This document shows positions 48,461 through 58,291 of a stretch of 64,000 nucleotides of DNA, one piece after another; positions within the stretch are counted from its first letter, which is position 1, and each line of letters starts with the position of its first letter. The translations under genes were made by a program, and so were the position numbers. The notes under the pieces were generated by a model. The model was not told the origin of the DNA. It worked only from the letters and a program-made list of their open reading frames with translations, and did not search any database. Origin of the DNA: an uncultured Candidatus Saccharibacteria bacterium. GTDB lineage: Bacteria > Patescibacteriota > Minisyncoccia > Spechtbacterales > HO2-43-30. Location: contig CAZDDE010000001.1 in NCBI GenBank assembly GCA_964504205.1, positions 58,473 to 122,472 of the forward strand. Direction: 5' to 3'.

Positions 48461-49939
48461 ATGCCTGCATACGCGGTTATCGGCGGACAATGGGGCGATG
48501 AAGGCAAGGGTAAAGTAGTTGATTATTGCGCGAGCGATGCGCGCGTGCTTAATCCGGAGATTAAAAGCAAAAAAGCGGTGCCGGTTGATATAGTCGTGCG
48601 GTTTAACGGAGGGAATAATGCCGGACACACGGTGTTTAATCCGGCGGGCGAATTCAAGTTGCATCTTGTGCCCTGCGGAATTGCCATACCAGGCGTTGAG
48701 CTAAATATCATCGGACCAGGATGTGCGGTTGACCCAGTCGCTCTTGTGGACGAACTTGAAACCACTAGCAGAATACTTGGTGTTCCAGTAGAAGATCTGT
48801 TAGAACGGCTGATGGTTAGCCCCAAAACTCACTTGGTGTTTCCATGGCATATTGCCGAAGATATGGCGTTAGAAATTTTGCGTGATAATCTTGAAATAGG
48901 CACAACCAAGCGCGGCATGGGCCCGGTCTTTGCCGATAAAGCCTTGCGTATCGGGTTTAGGGTGGGAGAAGTGCTTGATACTAAAGTATTTTCTGATAAC
49001 TTCGCAAGCGCGTGGAAAAAAAAAGCCGAGCAATTTAACAATTTTTATTTAGATTACATTGTTGATGCACTTAATCTTCCCAAGCAGGACGAACAGGACT
49101 TACGGCATAAATTAGTTCTTGCTTTTCAGGGAGGATATGAGAAGGGGTTTTACAAAAAAATCCTCGATCAAGTGATCGCTTTTGCGGAAAAGTTCAGAAA
49201 GCGCATTCAGAATGTGGAATATTTGCTGCAGGAGGCAAATGCGCAGGGCAAAAATATTCTTTTTGAAGGCGCGCAGGGAGCGCTGTTGGATATAGACCAC
49301 GGTACTTATCCGTATGTCACCTCATCGCATTGCGGTATATCTGCGGCATACGGCAGCGGCATAGACAGATTTGACAAAGTGATAGGTGTATTCAAATTTC
49401 CCTACTGTACGCGCGTGGGCGGCGGGCCTTTTCCAAGCGAGATGCGCGATGAAGACGCAGAAACCGCAGTGCATATTCGTGATATTGCCAATGAATACGG
49501 TGTAACGACCGGCCGGCCGCGGCGGATTGGCTGGTTTGATTATACTGCGGCAAAATATTCTCTTATGATAAACGGCGCAACGCATCTTGCCCTAACTCGC
49601 CTTGATATTTTTGATGAAGAAAAAACTATCAAAGTCGGCGTGGGCTACGACTGCATGCATAATGGTTTCGCCGCCGGCAAGGCAATGCCGCAAGTAAATG
49701 ATCTTTACTGTCAAGATTTTAACCATGTCATGCAAAACGGCGAAGTGCGCGCGGTACTCGCAGAGCGCGATGGCTGGGCCGACCGCGGAGGAAAAGTCCA
49801 TGGCAAGCGGCGCTTTGCGAACTTGCCGCAAGAAGCGCAAAAACTTTGCTTAGAAACAGAAGAAAAGACCGGTATGCCGATTTTACTTGTTTCCACGGGA
49901 GCGAAGAGACAGGAAACGATAGTTATGTCCTCGCATTAA
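48461..49939 (+). CDS. purA: adenylosuccinate synthetase (with insertions)
   Basis: GGQWGDEGKGK, GGNNAGHT, EGAQG..LDIDHGTYPYVTSS, EYGVTTGRPRR.GW. Confidence 0.95.
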   Translation: MPAYAVIGGQWGDEGKGKVVDYCASDARVLNPEIKSKKAVPVDIVVRFNGGNNAGHTVFNPAGEFKLHLVPCGIAIPGVELNIIGPGCAVDPVALVDELETTSRILGVPVEDLLERLMVSPKTHLVFPWHIAEDMALEILRDNLEIGTTKRGMGPVFADKALRIGFRVGEVLDTKVFSDNFASAWKKKAEQFNNFYLDYIVDALNLPKQDEQDLRHKLVLAFQGGYEKGFYKKILDQVIAFAEKFRKRIQNVEYLLQEANAQGKNILFEGAQGALLDIDHGTYPYVTSSHCGISAAYGSGIDRFDKVIGVFKFPYCTRVGGGPFPSEMRDEDAETAVHIRDIANEYGVTTGRPRRIGWFDYTAAKYSLMINGATHLALTRLDIFDEEKTIKVGVGYDCMHNGFAAGKAMPQVNDLYCQDFNHVMQNGEVRAVLAERDGWADRGGKVHGKRRFANLPQEAQKLCLETEEKTGMPILLVSTGAKRQETIVMSSH

Positions 49940-49967
49940 TGCGGGGATTTTTGTTATAATAAATACG

Positions 49968-52583
49968 ATGATCCATTGGCACGCTTTAACAACCGAAGAA
50001 GTTTTTAAAAAACTCGTAACGAGCGAAGATGGCATAAGCATGGAAGAAGCGCAGAAGCGCCTGAAAAAATACGGCCCTAATAAACTGCCGGAAGCAAAGC
50101 GCTTCACGCGTTTAGAAATATTTTCGCGCCAGTTTAAAAGCCCGCTCATCTACTTATTGGTTATTGCAAGCGGCGTATCTTTTTTTCTGCACGATGCCAT
50201 AAACGCCTATATTATTCTCGCCGCGGTCGTACTTTCCGTGGTTTTTGGCTACCTACAGGAGCAAAAAGCCGAAGGAACGCTTGCTAAGCTCGAAAAAATG
50301 GTCAGGTATAAAACGCGAATTATTCGCGGCGGCGCAGAAACCGAACTTTCGGCTGCAGAGCTTGTGCCGGGCGATTTCGTTTTAATTGCTTCCGGGGACA
50401 AGGTGCCGGCAGATCTTCGGCTGGTCTCGGCAAGAAATTTAGAAATCCAGGAAGCCGCTTTGACCGGAGAGTCCATGCCGGTGTTTAAAAACTCCAAGTC
50501 CTTGCTGGCCGGAACTGTTTTGAACGAGCGCGCTAACATCGCTTTTATGGGGACGGTTGTCGCCAAGGGACGCGCCAGCGGAGTCGTTGTTGCAACTGGC
50601 CTTGAAACCGAATTTGGAAAAATTGCCGAAAGCGTTGCAACTATAAGCGAAGAAAAAACTCCTTTTCAGACAAAAATTGCCTATCTGGCGCGATGGATTT
50701 CGCTTATCATTTTAGGCGTTGTTTTCTTGACTTTTATCGGCGGGTTATGGCGCGGCATTGCGTTTACGGAGATGTTTGCGGCATCGGTGGCGGTGGCGGT
50801 GGCGGCGATACCAGAGAGTTTGGTCATTGCCGTAACTGCTATTTTAGCGATAGGCATGATGCGCCTTTTGCGCAAGAAAGCGCTCGTGCGCAAACTTGCT
50901 TCGGCCGAAACTTTAGGTAGCACAACGGTAATTTGCGCAGACAAGACCGGCACACTTACGGAAGGTGAAATGAAAGTAGCTGAAGTCTATGTGGAGAATG
51001 GCGCGGAGACACGGGAGCTCGCTTTAGAAATCGGCATGATTGCGAACGAAGGCTTTATTGAGAACCCGCGAGAGGATGTTTCAAAGTGGCATATTCATGG
51101 CGATCCGACAGAGAAGGCGTTGATTAAAGCGGGGATAGAAGCCGGATTAGCTGAAAAACTTCTGGCAAGCGAGGAACAAATTTTAGACGAGATGCCGTTT
51201 GAATCGCAGAATCAGTTTATGGCAACTTTGCTTAAGGGGCATGGGAATGTAATTTACTACAAAGGGGCTCCGGAAAAGATATTGGCCGCATCAATCTATA
51301 TTCACGATCCAGGAGCACGTGATATGAACACAAAACTTTATGCTGCGCATTTTAAAAAATTGGAAAAAATTTACGAGGATTTTTCTAAAAATGGCCTGCG
51401 CGTACTCGCGGTGGCGTATCGCAACATAGATCCTATAAATTTTTTAAGTGAAATAAGCGCTGTATTATCAAACCTAACTTTTGTCGGCTTTATTGCCCTG
51501 CACGACCCTATTCGCTTGAACGTCAAAGAGACGATTCAAGAAGCGCACGGTGCCGGCATAAAAGTCGTTATGGTTACCGGCGATAACAAATATACTGCAA
51601 GCTCCGTGGCAAAGGAGCTCGGGCTTCTTGATCACGAGAAAATAATCGAAGGCCGGGAACTCACCGCAATGGATTATGAAACTTTGAAGCGCCAAGTAAA
51701 AAATATATCGGTGTATGCGCGCATCCTTCCGCACGATAAACTGCGCATTATTGAGGCGTTTCAGGCGAATGGCGAAGTAGTCGCCATGACCGGTGATGGC
51801 GTCAACGATGCTCCGGCTCTTAAAAAAGCCGACATTGGCGTGGCGATGGGCTCGGGCACGGACGTTGCCAAAGAAACTTCCGATATGATAATTTTGGATA
51901 ACAATTTCAAAAGTATCGTTCACGCCGTTGAGCAGGGCAGAGTAATTTTTGATAACTTAAAAAAAGTCGTCACTTATCTTTTGGCCGATAGTTTCACCGA
52001 AGTTATCTTGATTGCCGGGAGTATCATAGCCGGCCTTCCTCTGCCGGTGCTCGCCGGACAGATTCTTTGGGTTAATCTTGTGTTAGACGGTCTGCCAAGT
52101 TTTGCTTTGGCTTACGAACCAAAGGAAAAGGATGTGATGAAACTGCCGCCGACTGGCCGCCAAGCGCCAATACTAGACAGAGCAATGAAGGCGATTATTT
52201 TTATCGTTGGCATTGTTTCAGATTTAATTTTACTTGGTCTTTTCTTGTTCTTATTGCATAAAACCCAGGACATCAATTATGTCCGTACTGTTGTCTTTTC
52301 GGCGCTTGGGATGAATTCATTGCTGTACATATTTTCAATCAAGAGTTTGCGCCGTTCTATATTTAGTGTGGATTTGCTGAACAATCTTTACCTTATCGCT
52401 GCGGTCCTGTTTGGTTTCGCCATGCTTTTTGCGGCAATTTACCTGCCATTCTTGCAAAATATTCTGCGCACGGTGCCGCTTTCCGGAAGCGACTTAGCTA
52501 TAATCTTTGCGCTTGGCGCGCTTGAAATAATTAGTATTGAAATTGCCAAGAAAGTGTTTATGATAAAGAGAAAACATGGCTAA
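49968..52583 (+). CDS. P2-type cation-transporting ATPase (Ca2+-like)
   Basis: LTGES, AIPESL, DKTGTLT, KGAPE, TGDGVNDAPAL, WVNLV.D. Confidence 0.93.
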   Translation: MIHWHALTTEEVFKKLVTSEDGISMEEAQKRLKKYGPNKLPEAKRFTRLEIFSRQFKSPLIYLLVIASGVSFFLHDAINAYIILAAVVLSVVFGYLQEQKAEGTLAKLEKMVRYKTRIIRGGAETELSAAELVPGDFVLIASGDKVPADLRLVSARNLEIQEAALTGESMPVFKNSKSLLAGTVLNERANIAFMGTVVAKGRASGVVVATGLETEFGKIAESVATISEEKTPFQTKIAYLARWISLIILGVVFLTFIGGLWRGIAFTEMFAASVAVAVAAIPESLVIAVTAILAIGMMRLLRKKALVRKLASAETLGSTTVICADKTGTLTEGEMKVAEVYVENGAETRELALEIGMIANEGFIENPREDVSKWHIHGDPTEKALIKAGIEAGLAEKLLASEEQILDEMPFESQNQFMATLLKGHGNVIYYKGAPEKILAASIYIHDPGARDMNTKLYAAHFKKLEKIYEDFSKNGLRVLAVAYRNIDPINFLSEISAVLSNLTFVGFIALHDPIRLNVKETIQEAHGAGIKVVMVTGDNKYTASSVAKELGLLDHEKIIEGRELTAMDYETLKRQVKNISVYARILPHDKLRIIEAFQANGEVVAMTGDGVNDAPALKKADIGVAMGSGTDVAKETSDMIILDNNFKSIVHAVEQGRVIFDNLKKVVTYLLADSFTEVILIAGSIIAGLPLPVLAGQILWVNLVLDGLPSFALAYEPKEKDVMKLPPTGRQAPILDRAMKAIIFIVGIVSDLILLGLFLFLLHKTQDINYVRTVVFSALGMNSLLYIFSIKSLRRSIFSVDLLNNLYLIAAVLFGFAMLFAAIYLPFLQNILRTVPLSGSDLAIIFALGALEIISIEIAKKVFMIKRKHG

Positions 52584-53670
52584 TCTCGTTTTATATCGCA
52601 AATATCGCCCGCAGAAATTTTCGGATGTCGTCGGGCAGGAGCACATTACGCGTACGCTTGCGAATGCGATTTCCATGAACGAAGCGGCGCATGCGTATCT
52701 TTTCGCGGGGCCGCGCGGCACCGGCAAGACCACTCTCGCGCGCCTTTTGGCTAAATCCTTAAATTGCGAGGGACGAAAAAAGGGGAGTTACGAACCGTGT
52801 CTCAAATGTCTTTCCTGCGATGAAGTTTCGCGCAACATTTCGCCGGATATAATTGAAATAGATGCCGCGAGCAATCGCGGCATAGATGAGATTCGTTTAC
52901 TGAAGGAAGCGGTGCGTTTTGCGCCAACGCGGGGAGAGTACAAAGTTTATATCGTAGATGAGGTGCATATGTTGACAAAGGAAGCGTTTAATGCTCTATT
53001 AAAAACATTGGAGGAGCCGCCTTCGCATGTGATATTCGTTATGGCAACTACAGAAATTAACAAAGTTCTGCCAACGATTATTTCGCGTTCGCAGAGGTTT
53101 GATTTTCGCCGTTTGCGTCATAGCGAGATAAGAGACCGTCTTGCCTATCTTGCCAAGTGCGAAGCCAAAAAGATTGATCCCAAAATTTTAGATATGATCG
53201 CCGCTCGTTCCGACGGCTGTGCGCGCGACGCGGAAAGCTTGCTTGGGCAGATTTTCGTAGTCGGCGACGGCTTGAATTTGGATGAAATTCGTTCGTTGCT
53301 CGGGCTTACGGACATTCAAGCGATTTCAGAGTTTATTGGGCATATTGCCGCGGGTTCGCGCAAAGAAGCGCTTACGCACTTGAGCGCGCTTGGCGAAAAA
53401 GGGGTGGACTGCGAAGAATTTATAAAAAGTTTGCTTGGATACTTGCGCTGGATGATGTATCTTAAGGTGGACGAAAAATTAAGCGACATTGTCTCGCGCG
53501 AGATTTCCGAAGAAGATTTGGCCGTAATTAAAGCGATGACGCAGAAATTTGAAATGCACAAGCTTCAACAGGCGTCACGGCTGTTTTTAGAAGCAATGCA
53601 GAATATCAAATATTCGCCTATTCCCGAGTTGCCGATAGAATTGGCAGTAGTAGAGTTGCTGGGTTCGTAA
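52576..53670 (+). CDS. dnaX: DNA polymerase III subunit gamma/tau (short)
   Basis: LYRKYRPQ, GPRGTGKTT, EIDAASN, DEVHML, LLKTLEEPP. Confidence 0.96.
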   Translation: MANLVLYRKYRPQKFSDVVGQEHITRTLANAISMNEAAHAYLFAGPRGTGKTTLARLLAKSLNCEGRKKGSYEPCLKCLSCDEVSRNISPDIIEIDAASNRGIDEIRLLKEAVRFAPTRGEYKVYIVDEVHMLTKEAFNALLKTLEEPPSHVIFVMATTEINKVLPTIISRSQRFDFRRLRHSEIRDRLAYLAKCEAKKIDPKILDMIAARSDGCARDAESLLGQIFVVGDGLNLDEIRSLLGLTDIQAISEFIGHIAAGSRKEALTHLSALGEKGVDCEEFIKSLLGYLRWMMYLKVDEKLSDIVSREISEEDLAVIKAMTQKFEMHKLQQASRLFLEAMQNIKYSPIPELPIELAVVELLGS

Positions 53671-53671
53671 T

Positions 53672-53742
53672 TCCGGGCTCGTCTAATGGCAGGACAGGGG
53701 CCTTTGAAGCCCTCAATCTACGTCCGAATCGTAGGCCCGGAA
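53672..53742 (+). tRNA. tRNA-Gln(UUG)
   Basis: TCCGGGC/GCCCGGA acceptor stem (U1-A72), anticodon loop CTTTGAA, T-arm CTACG-TCCGAAT-CGTAG; CCA not encoded. Confidence 0.88.
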
Positions 53743-53820
53743 CAATAGTGGTTCGCCCCGTCATGCGATGGGGCGGGGGGTCGTATGACCCCTCGAATCC
53801 TAGTCCCCGAGCTATTCAGC

Positions 53821-53852
53821 AATAAATACGCACGTCGACGTGCGTATTTATT
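53821..53852. terminator. perfect 32-bp palindrome, likely a bidirectional terminator
   Basis: AATAAATACGCACGTC|GACGTGCGTATTTATT between the convergent tRNA and helicase genes. Confidence 0.75.
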
Positions 53853-53869
53853 GGCTCTTTGAAGCTTTT

Positions 53870-55129
53870 CTAGCGGTGCCTTAGGCGGCCAGAGGGCCCG
53901 GATCGGCGCCTTGCTCCGAGATAAAACGCGCTCCTGCTGTGCGCGGAATCGTCTCGTTTGAACTGTCTTTCCGGCGGAAGCTCGGGGAGTCTGGAAATCG
54001 GAAGGCTTGCCTTGATCAAGCGCTCAATGCGCCCCACTTCGCCTCGCTGTTCCGGCATAACAAACGATATCGCGTGGCCCCCCGCGCCCGCGCGGGCAGT
54101 GCGGCCAATCCTATGGACATAGTCTTCGGGACCATTTGGCATATCATAGTTCATCACAAGGCCGATGTCGGCGACATCAATGCCGCGCGAGGCGATGTCT
54201 GTCGCTACAAGCACCAGGTACTTACCCGATCTGAACCCTTCAAGCGCCTCGCGCCGCTGGAAAACCGATCTATTGGAATGGATTTCGGCGGCACTATAGC
54301 CCATAGCGCGAACTTTTTGCGTAAGCCGCTTTGCGCCATGTTTTGTTCTCGCAAAAATAAGGGTGGTCCTTGAATATTGCTCAAGGAGCTTTTCCATAAG
54401 GCGATCCTTGTTGCCCCTTTCAATTATGAAGACTTCTTGCGTCACGCGCTCCACCGTGGTCCCCGAAGGGGCAACCTCCACGCGAATTGGCAATTTCATA
54501 TATCTTGTCGCGATTTTCATAATTCCCTGCGGCATTGTCGCGCAGAACAGCAATGTCTGTCGATCTTGAGGAACCGCGTCAAAGATTTTTTTTATTTGCG
54601 GCGCAAAGCCCATATCAAGCATGCGGTCCGCCTCATCCAAAACAACAATGCGCATGCCCTTGAGCGTAACATTTCTGTGCTCTAAGTGATCAATCAATCT
54701 GCCCGGTGTCGCGACGATGATATGAGGATCTTTCCTAAGCGCTCTTTCTTGTGCCCGTGAGTCAACACCGCCGATAAGAACCGCGACTCTAAGATTGATT
54801 GCATGGCCTACTTGTCGCAAAACCCCTTCTACTTGAGTGGCAAGTTCGCGCGTTGGCAGAACCACGAGGCCTTGGCCTTTAGTCTGGGCCAGCCTTTGAA
54901 TCATGGGGATTCCAAACGCAAATGTTTTGCCGGTTCCGGTTTGCGCTATGCCGACAATGTCGTTGCCCCCAAGCGCCACAGGAATGGCTTGCTGTTGAAT
55001 CGGAGTGGGGTTTACGCATTTCAACCTCGTCAACGCCTCAACAAGTGCCGGAGCAACGCCAAGAGCCGTAAAGCCAGGAGCTGCTTGTGCGGAAACGCTG
55101 TATTTTGTTTTGCTTGCTTGATTTTCCAT
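53870..55129 (-). CDS. DEAD-box RNA helicase (RhlE-like)
   Basis: AQTGTGKT, PTRELA, TPGRL, LDEAD, HRIGRTAR; motif III reads CAT instead of SAT. Confidence 0.94.
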   Translation of the reverse strand: MENQASKTKYSVSAQAAPGFTALGVAPALVEALTRLKCVNPTPIQQQAIPVALGGNDIVGIAQTGTGKTFAFGIPMIQRLAQTKGQGLVVLPTRELATQVEGVLRQVGHAINLRVAVLIGGVDSRAQERALRKDPHIIVATPGRLIDHLEHRNVTLKGMRIVVLDEADRMLDMGFAPQIKKIFDAVPQDRQTLLFCATMPQGIMKIATRYMKLPIRVEVAPSGTTVERVTQEVFIIERGNKDRLMEKLLEQYSRTTLIFARTKHGAKRLTQKVRAMGYSAAEIHSNRSVFQRREALEGFRSGKYLVLVATDIASRGIDVADIGLVMNYDMPNGPEDYVHRIGRTARAGAGGHAISFVMPEQRGEVGRIERLIKASLPISRLPELPPERQFKRDDSAHSRSAFYLGARRRSGPSGRLRHR

Positions 55130-55246
55130 TTTTCTATATTCTTTTATAGCATAGGCGAAAGTACTTGTCAATCATTACGTCTAACTCTGGACAATTTGTT
55201 TCTTTGTTGTATTATGAAATGACCCGCGCACGCTGGGTCGTTTTCT

Positions 55247-57034
55247 ATGGAAATACGCAACATCGCAATCATTGCCCATGTGGATCATGGCAAGACAACT
55301 CTTACCGATGCCATTATGCGCGAGACCGGTATGTTTGTGGACGGTATGAGCATGGACACAAATGCGCTCGAGCAGGAGCGCGGTATTACGATTTACTCAA
55401 AAAATTCTGCGTTTTTTTACAAAGGCACAAAAATTAACATCGTTGACACTCCGGGGCACGCGGATTTTGGATCGGAGGTGGAACGAGTTCTGCGATCCAT
55501 TGATTCGGTCGTTCTTGTCGTTGACGCGCAGGATGGGCCGATGCCGCAAACCCGTTTTGTGCTGAAAAAATCTCTTGAACTCGGATTAAAGCCAATCGTC
55601 GTTATCAATAAAATTGATAAAGCGGCCGCGAATCCAAAACTTTGCGAAGAGCAAGTTCTGGAACTTTTCTTTGATCTTGGCGCCGACGAAGAACAGCTTA
55701 ACTTCTCGCTTGTCTACGCGATTGGCCGCGAAGGAATCGCGAAGCGGAATCTTACTGACGAAGGGAAGGATTTGAGTCCGCTTCTTGATCTAATTCTTGA
55801 GAAGGTGAAGCGAGCTCCGGCTGAAGTTGGAATTCCGTTGCGCGCCCAGCCATTTAATCTTGGGTACGATAATTTTCTTGGGAGGCTCGCTATTGTGCGA
55901 ATATATGAAGGGATGATTCACGTCGGAGACAATGTGTATGTGAAAAACTCCATTGGCGAAAGCCGCAGTGGAAAAGTTACAAAACTTTTTACGTTTCGGG
56001 GCCTTGCGCGGGAGGAAGTGAGTGAAGCGTACGCGGGTGATATTGTAATGATTGCCGGCCTTGCGGATATTACGATAGGAGAGACGATCTGTGAATCGCC
56101 TGCGCAAGATCCGCTTCCGGCGATCAAAGTTGACGAGCCGACGATTGTGCTTTATTTTTTGGTCAATGATTCGCCCTTCGCGGGGCGGGAAGGAAAGTTT
56201 GTGACTTCGCGGCAGATTCGCGAGCGGCTGGAAAAAGAACTTGAAGTAAATGTCGGTTTACAGGTGGACTTTAATGATGCGGCTGGATTTAAGGTCTATG
56301 GCCGGGGAGAACTGCACATCGCGATTCTTCTTGAAAATATGCGGCGCGAAGGATACGAAACGCAGGTTTCTCAACCGCAAGTGATTATCAAAAAAATAGA
56401 CGGAGTGAAAATGGAGCCGTTTGAAGAAGTGACGGTTGATGTGCCGCTTGAATTTCAGGGGCAAGTTATTGAGAAAATGGCAAAGCGAGCCGCCAGATTA
56501 CTCGATGTCAAACAGCAAGAAGAGACGATCCGGCTTATCTTTAAGGGGCCGACAAGAGGACTTTTCGGGTATCGCGGAGAATTTATGATTGAAACGAAAG
56601 GAGAAGGGATATTTTCAAGCAGGGTTGTGGGCTTTGAGCCATATGCCGGGGAAATCCAGAAACGCAAGGTTGGCTCCATGACTTCCATGATGACAGGCAA
56701 AGCCCTGGCGTTTCCTCTTTGGAATCTTCAGGAGCGCGGCATGCTGTACATCGAGGCCAATACGGAAGTCTACGAGGGTATGGTTATCGGCAATACGACC
56801 AAGGGTTTTGAGATGGCGGTCAATCCAATCAAGGGGAAGGATCTTACCAATATGCGGAGATCGGTCAAGGAAGAATCAGTTCATCTTACCACGCCGCAAC
56901 TTTTAACAATCGAGCGAGGCCTTGAAATAATGCGCGATGACGAATATCTTGAGATTACCCCCCAAAGCATCCGTCTGCGCAAAAAATATCTTAGTGCAGC
57001 GGATAGAAGAAAGTTTGAGAGGGCAAAGGAATGA
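55247..57034 (+). CDS. typA: translational GTPase TypA/BipA
   Basis: IAHVDHGKTTL, DTPGHADF, GRGELHI.IL.ENMRREG, EYLEITP.SIRLRK. Confidence 0.97.
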   Translation: MEIRNIAIIAHVDHGKTTLTDAIMRETGMFVDGMSMDTNALEQERGITIYSKNSAFFYKGTKINIVDTPGHADFGSEVERVLRSIDSVVLVVDAQDGPMPQTRFVLKKSLELGLKPIVVINKIDKAAANPKLCEEQVLELFFDLGADEEQLNFSLVYAIGREGIAKRNLTDEGKDLSPLLDLILEKVKRAPAEVGIPLRAQPFNLGYDNFLGRLAIVRIYEGMIHVGDNVYVKNSIGESRSGKVTKLFTFRGLAREEVSEAYAGDIVMIAGLADITIGETICESPAQDPLPAIKVDEPTIVLYFLVNDSPFAGREGKFVTSRQIRERLEKELEVNVGLQVDFNDAAGFKVYGRGELHIAILLENMRREGYETQVSQPQVIIKKIDGVKMEPFEEVTVDVPLEFQGQVIEKMAKRAARLLDVKQQEETIRLIFKGPTRGLFGYRGEFMIETKGEGIFSSRVVGFEPYAGEIQKRKVGSMTSMMTGKALAFPLWNLQERGMLYIEANTEVYEGMVIGNTTKGFEMAVNPIKGKDLTNMRRSVKEESVHLTTPQLLTIERGLEIMRDDEYLEITPQSIRLRKKYLSAADRRKFERAKE

Positions 57035-57131
57035 ATAGAAAGGGGCTGTGAATGCGGAAAATTTGACAAGGTTATAATTTTATGCTAGTTATAAGTATTC
57101 GGATTCAGGTCACCCCCTAAGGAGATGTTAA

Positions 57132-57555
57132 ATGTTAAAATTTCTGATGGATGCTTACTTCGCTCCGAAGTTATTTGAGAAAGACGGTAAAGATATACGA
57201 ACTTTTGGGAGTTCGTATCTTCAAGAAGTTCCTACCGACTTGTGGAGATTATATGCTTCGATATACAGGACTTCGACTCCTAAACTATGGCTCTTCGGAG
57301 ACGCTCAAGCGCTGGGAGATTTTCACAAGGCTATACGAAACAGCACATCTAGTTTTCTTCGTAATAATGTTCGTACTAATGCTCTACGGTCTTCTGGGTT
57401 CTTTTTCGGTGCTAGCATTTGTTCTGAATCTTGTAGTGAATCTTGTAGTGAATGTCTACCCGATGATGGTTCAACGTTACAACAGAGGAAGAATCTACAG
57501 GATACTTCATAAAAGAGAGGCAAGCAGAGCGACCACTAGCGTTCAAAGACTTTGA
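57132..57555 (+). pseudogene. frameshifted CrtO-like (glycosyl-4,4'-diaponeurosporenoate acyltransferase family) membrane protein
   Basis: The SD-led frame reads MLKFLMDAYFAPKLFEKDGK, and the protein-like sequence continues in the +1 frame as IYELLGVRIFKK..ETAH..NVYPMMVQRYNRGR; one extra base in AAAG at 57189-57192. Confidence 0.6.
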
Positions 57556-57699
57556 CATTGGTCATCTGACAGCTAATACGAGTACGAGACGAAGTAGAAG
57601 GGGTTCTAACCGTTCATGCGGGTACCCAAAGTTAGAACCTTTTTTTGTTTCCGCTCTTGTGCTAATCACAGGATTATCTTTTTGTGCTATAATTTGCAT

Positions 57700-58287
57700 A
57701 TGGCTAGAATTAACTTTTTATTTTTACAAAAAATTGCTGTTTCCCTAGGCATTGTTATTGTGTTGAATCTGCTTTTTAACATTGCCGTAGGAACTTTTTA
57801 TAATACGCCAAAATATGACGATTTTTGCCGTGAGGAACATCGCAGGTACTACGATAACAAAGAGGCGTGTTCGGCAGTGGGCGGAGAATGGGGCGCGTAT
57901 ATTGATGGGCCGTATTATCCGCGGTCGGCTCCGGCAAAAGTTGTTGGGGAGGAAAACGAATCTGATGAACCAAAAGAATACTGCAACCCCGCTAAAACTT
58001 GCCAGAAGGAATACGACAGCGCGCGCAATTTATACAATCGCAACGTGTTTATAGTTTTAGTTTCGCTTGGCGCTGTATCCATTATCTTATCTATATTTTT
58101 GGTACAAGTAAGAGCTGTGTCCTCCGGCTTTCTGTTCGGTGGCCTCTTATCTATATTCATCGGAACAACGCGATACTGGTCTGATATGGACGAGTATTTG
58201 CGCCTGATAGCGCTCGCTATCGTTTTAGCGGGGTTGGTATGGGTAGGGTACAAAAAGCTCAAGGATAAAAGAGATATGCCAAAATAA
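57700..58287 (+). CDS. hypothetical membrane protein with a Cys-containing extracytoplasmic loop
   Basis: TM helix, YDDFC..C..GG.W..C..C loop, three C-terminal TM helices; TGnTATAAT 6 nt before ATG. Confidence 0.75.
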   Translation: MARINFLFLQKIAVSLGIVIVLNLLFNIAVGTFYNTPKYDDFCREEHRRYYDNKEACSAVGGEWGAYIDGPYYPRSAPAKVVGEENESDEPKEYCNPAKTCQKEYDSARNLYNRNVFIVLVSLGAVSIILSIFLVQVRAVSSGFLFGGLLSIFIGTTRYWSDMDEYLRLIALAIVLAGLVWVGYKKLKDKRDMPK

Positions 58288-58291
58288 CAAT

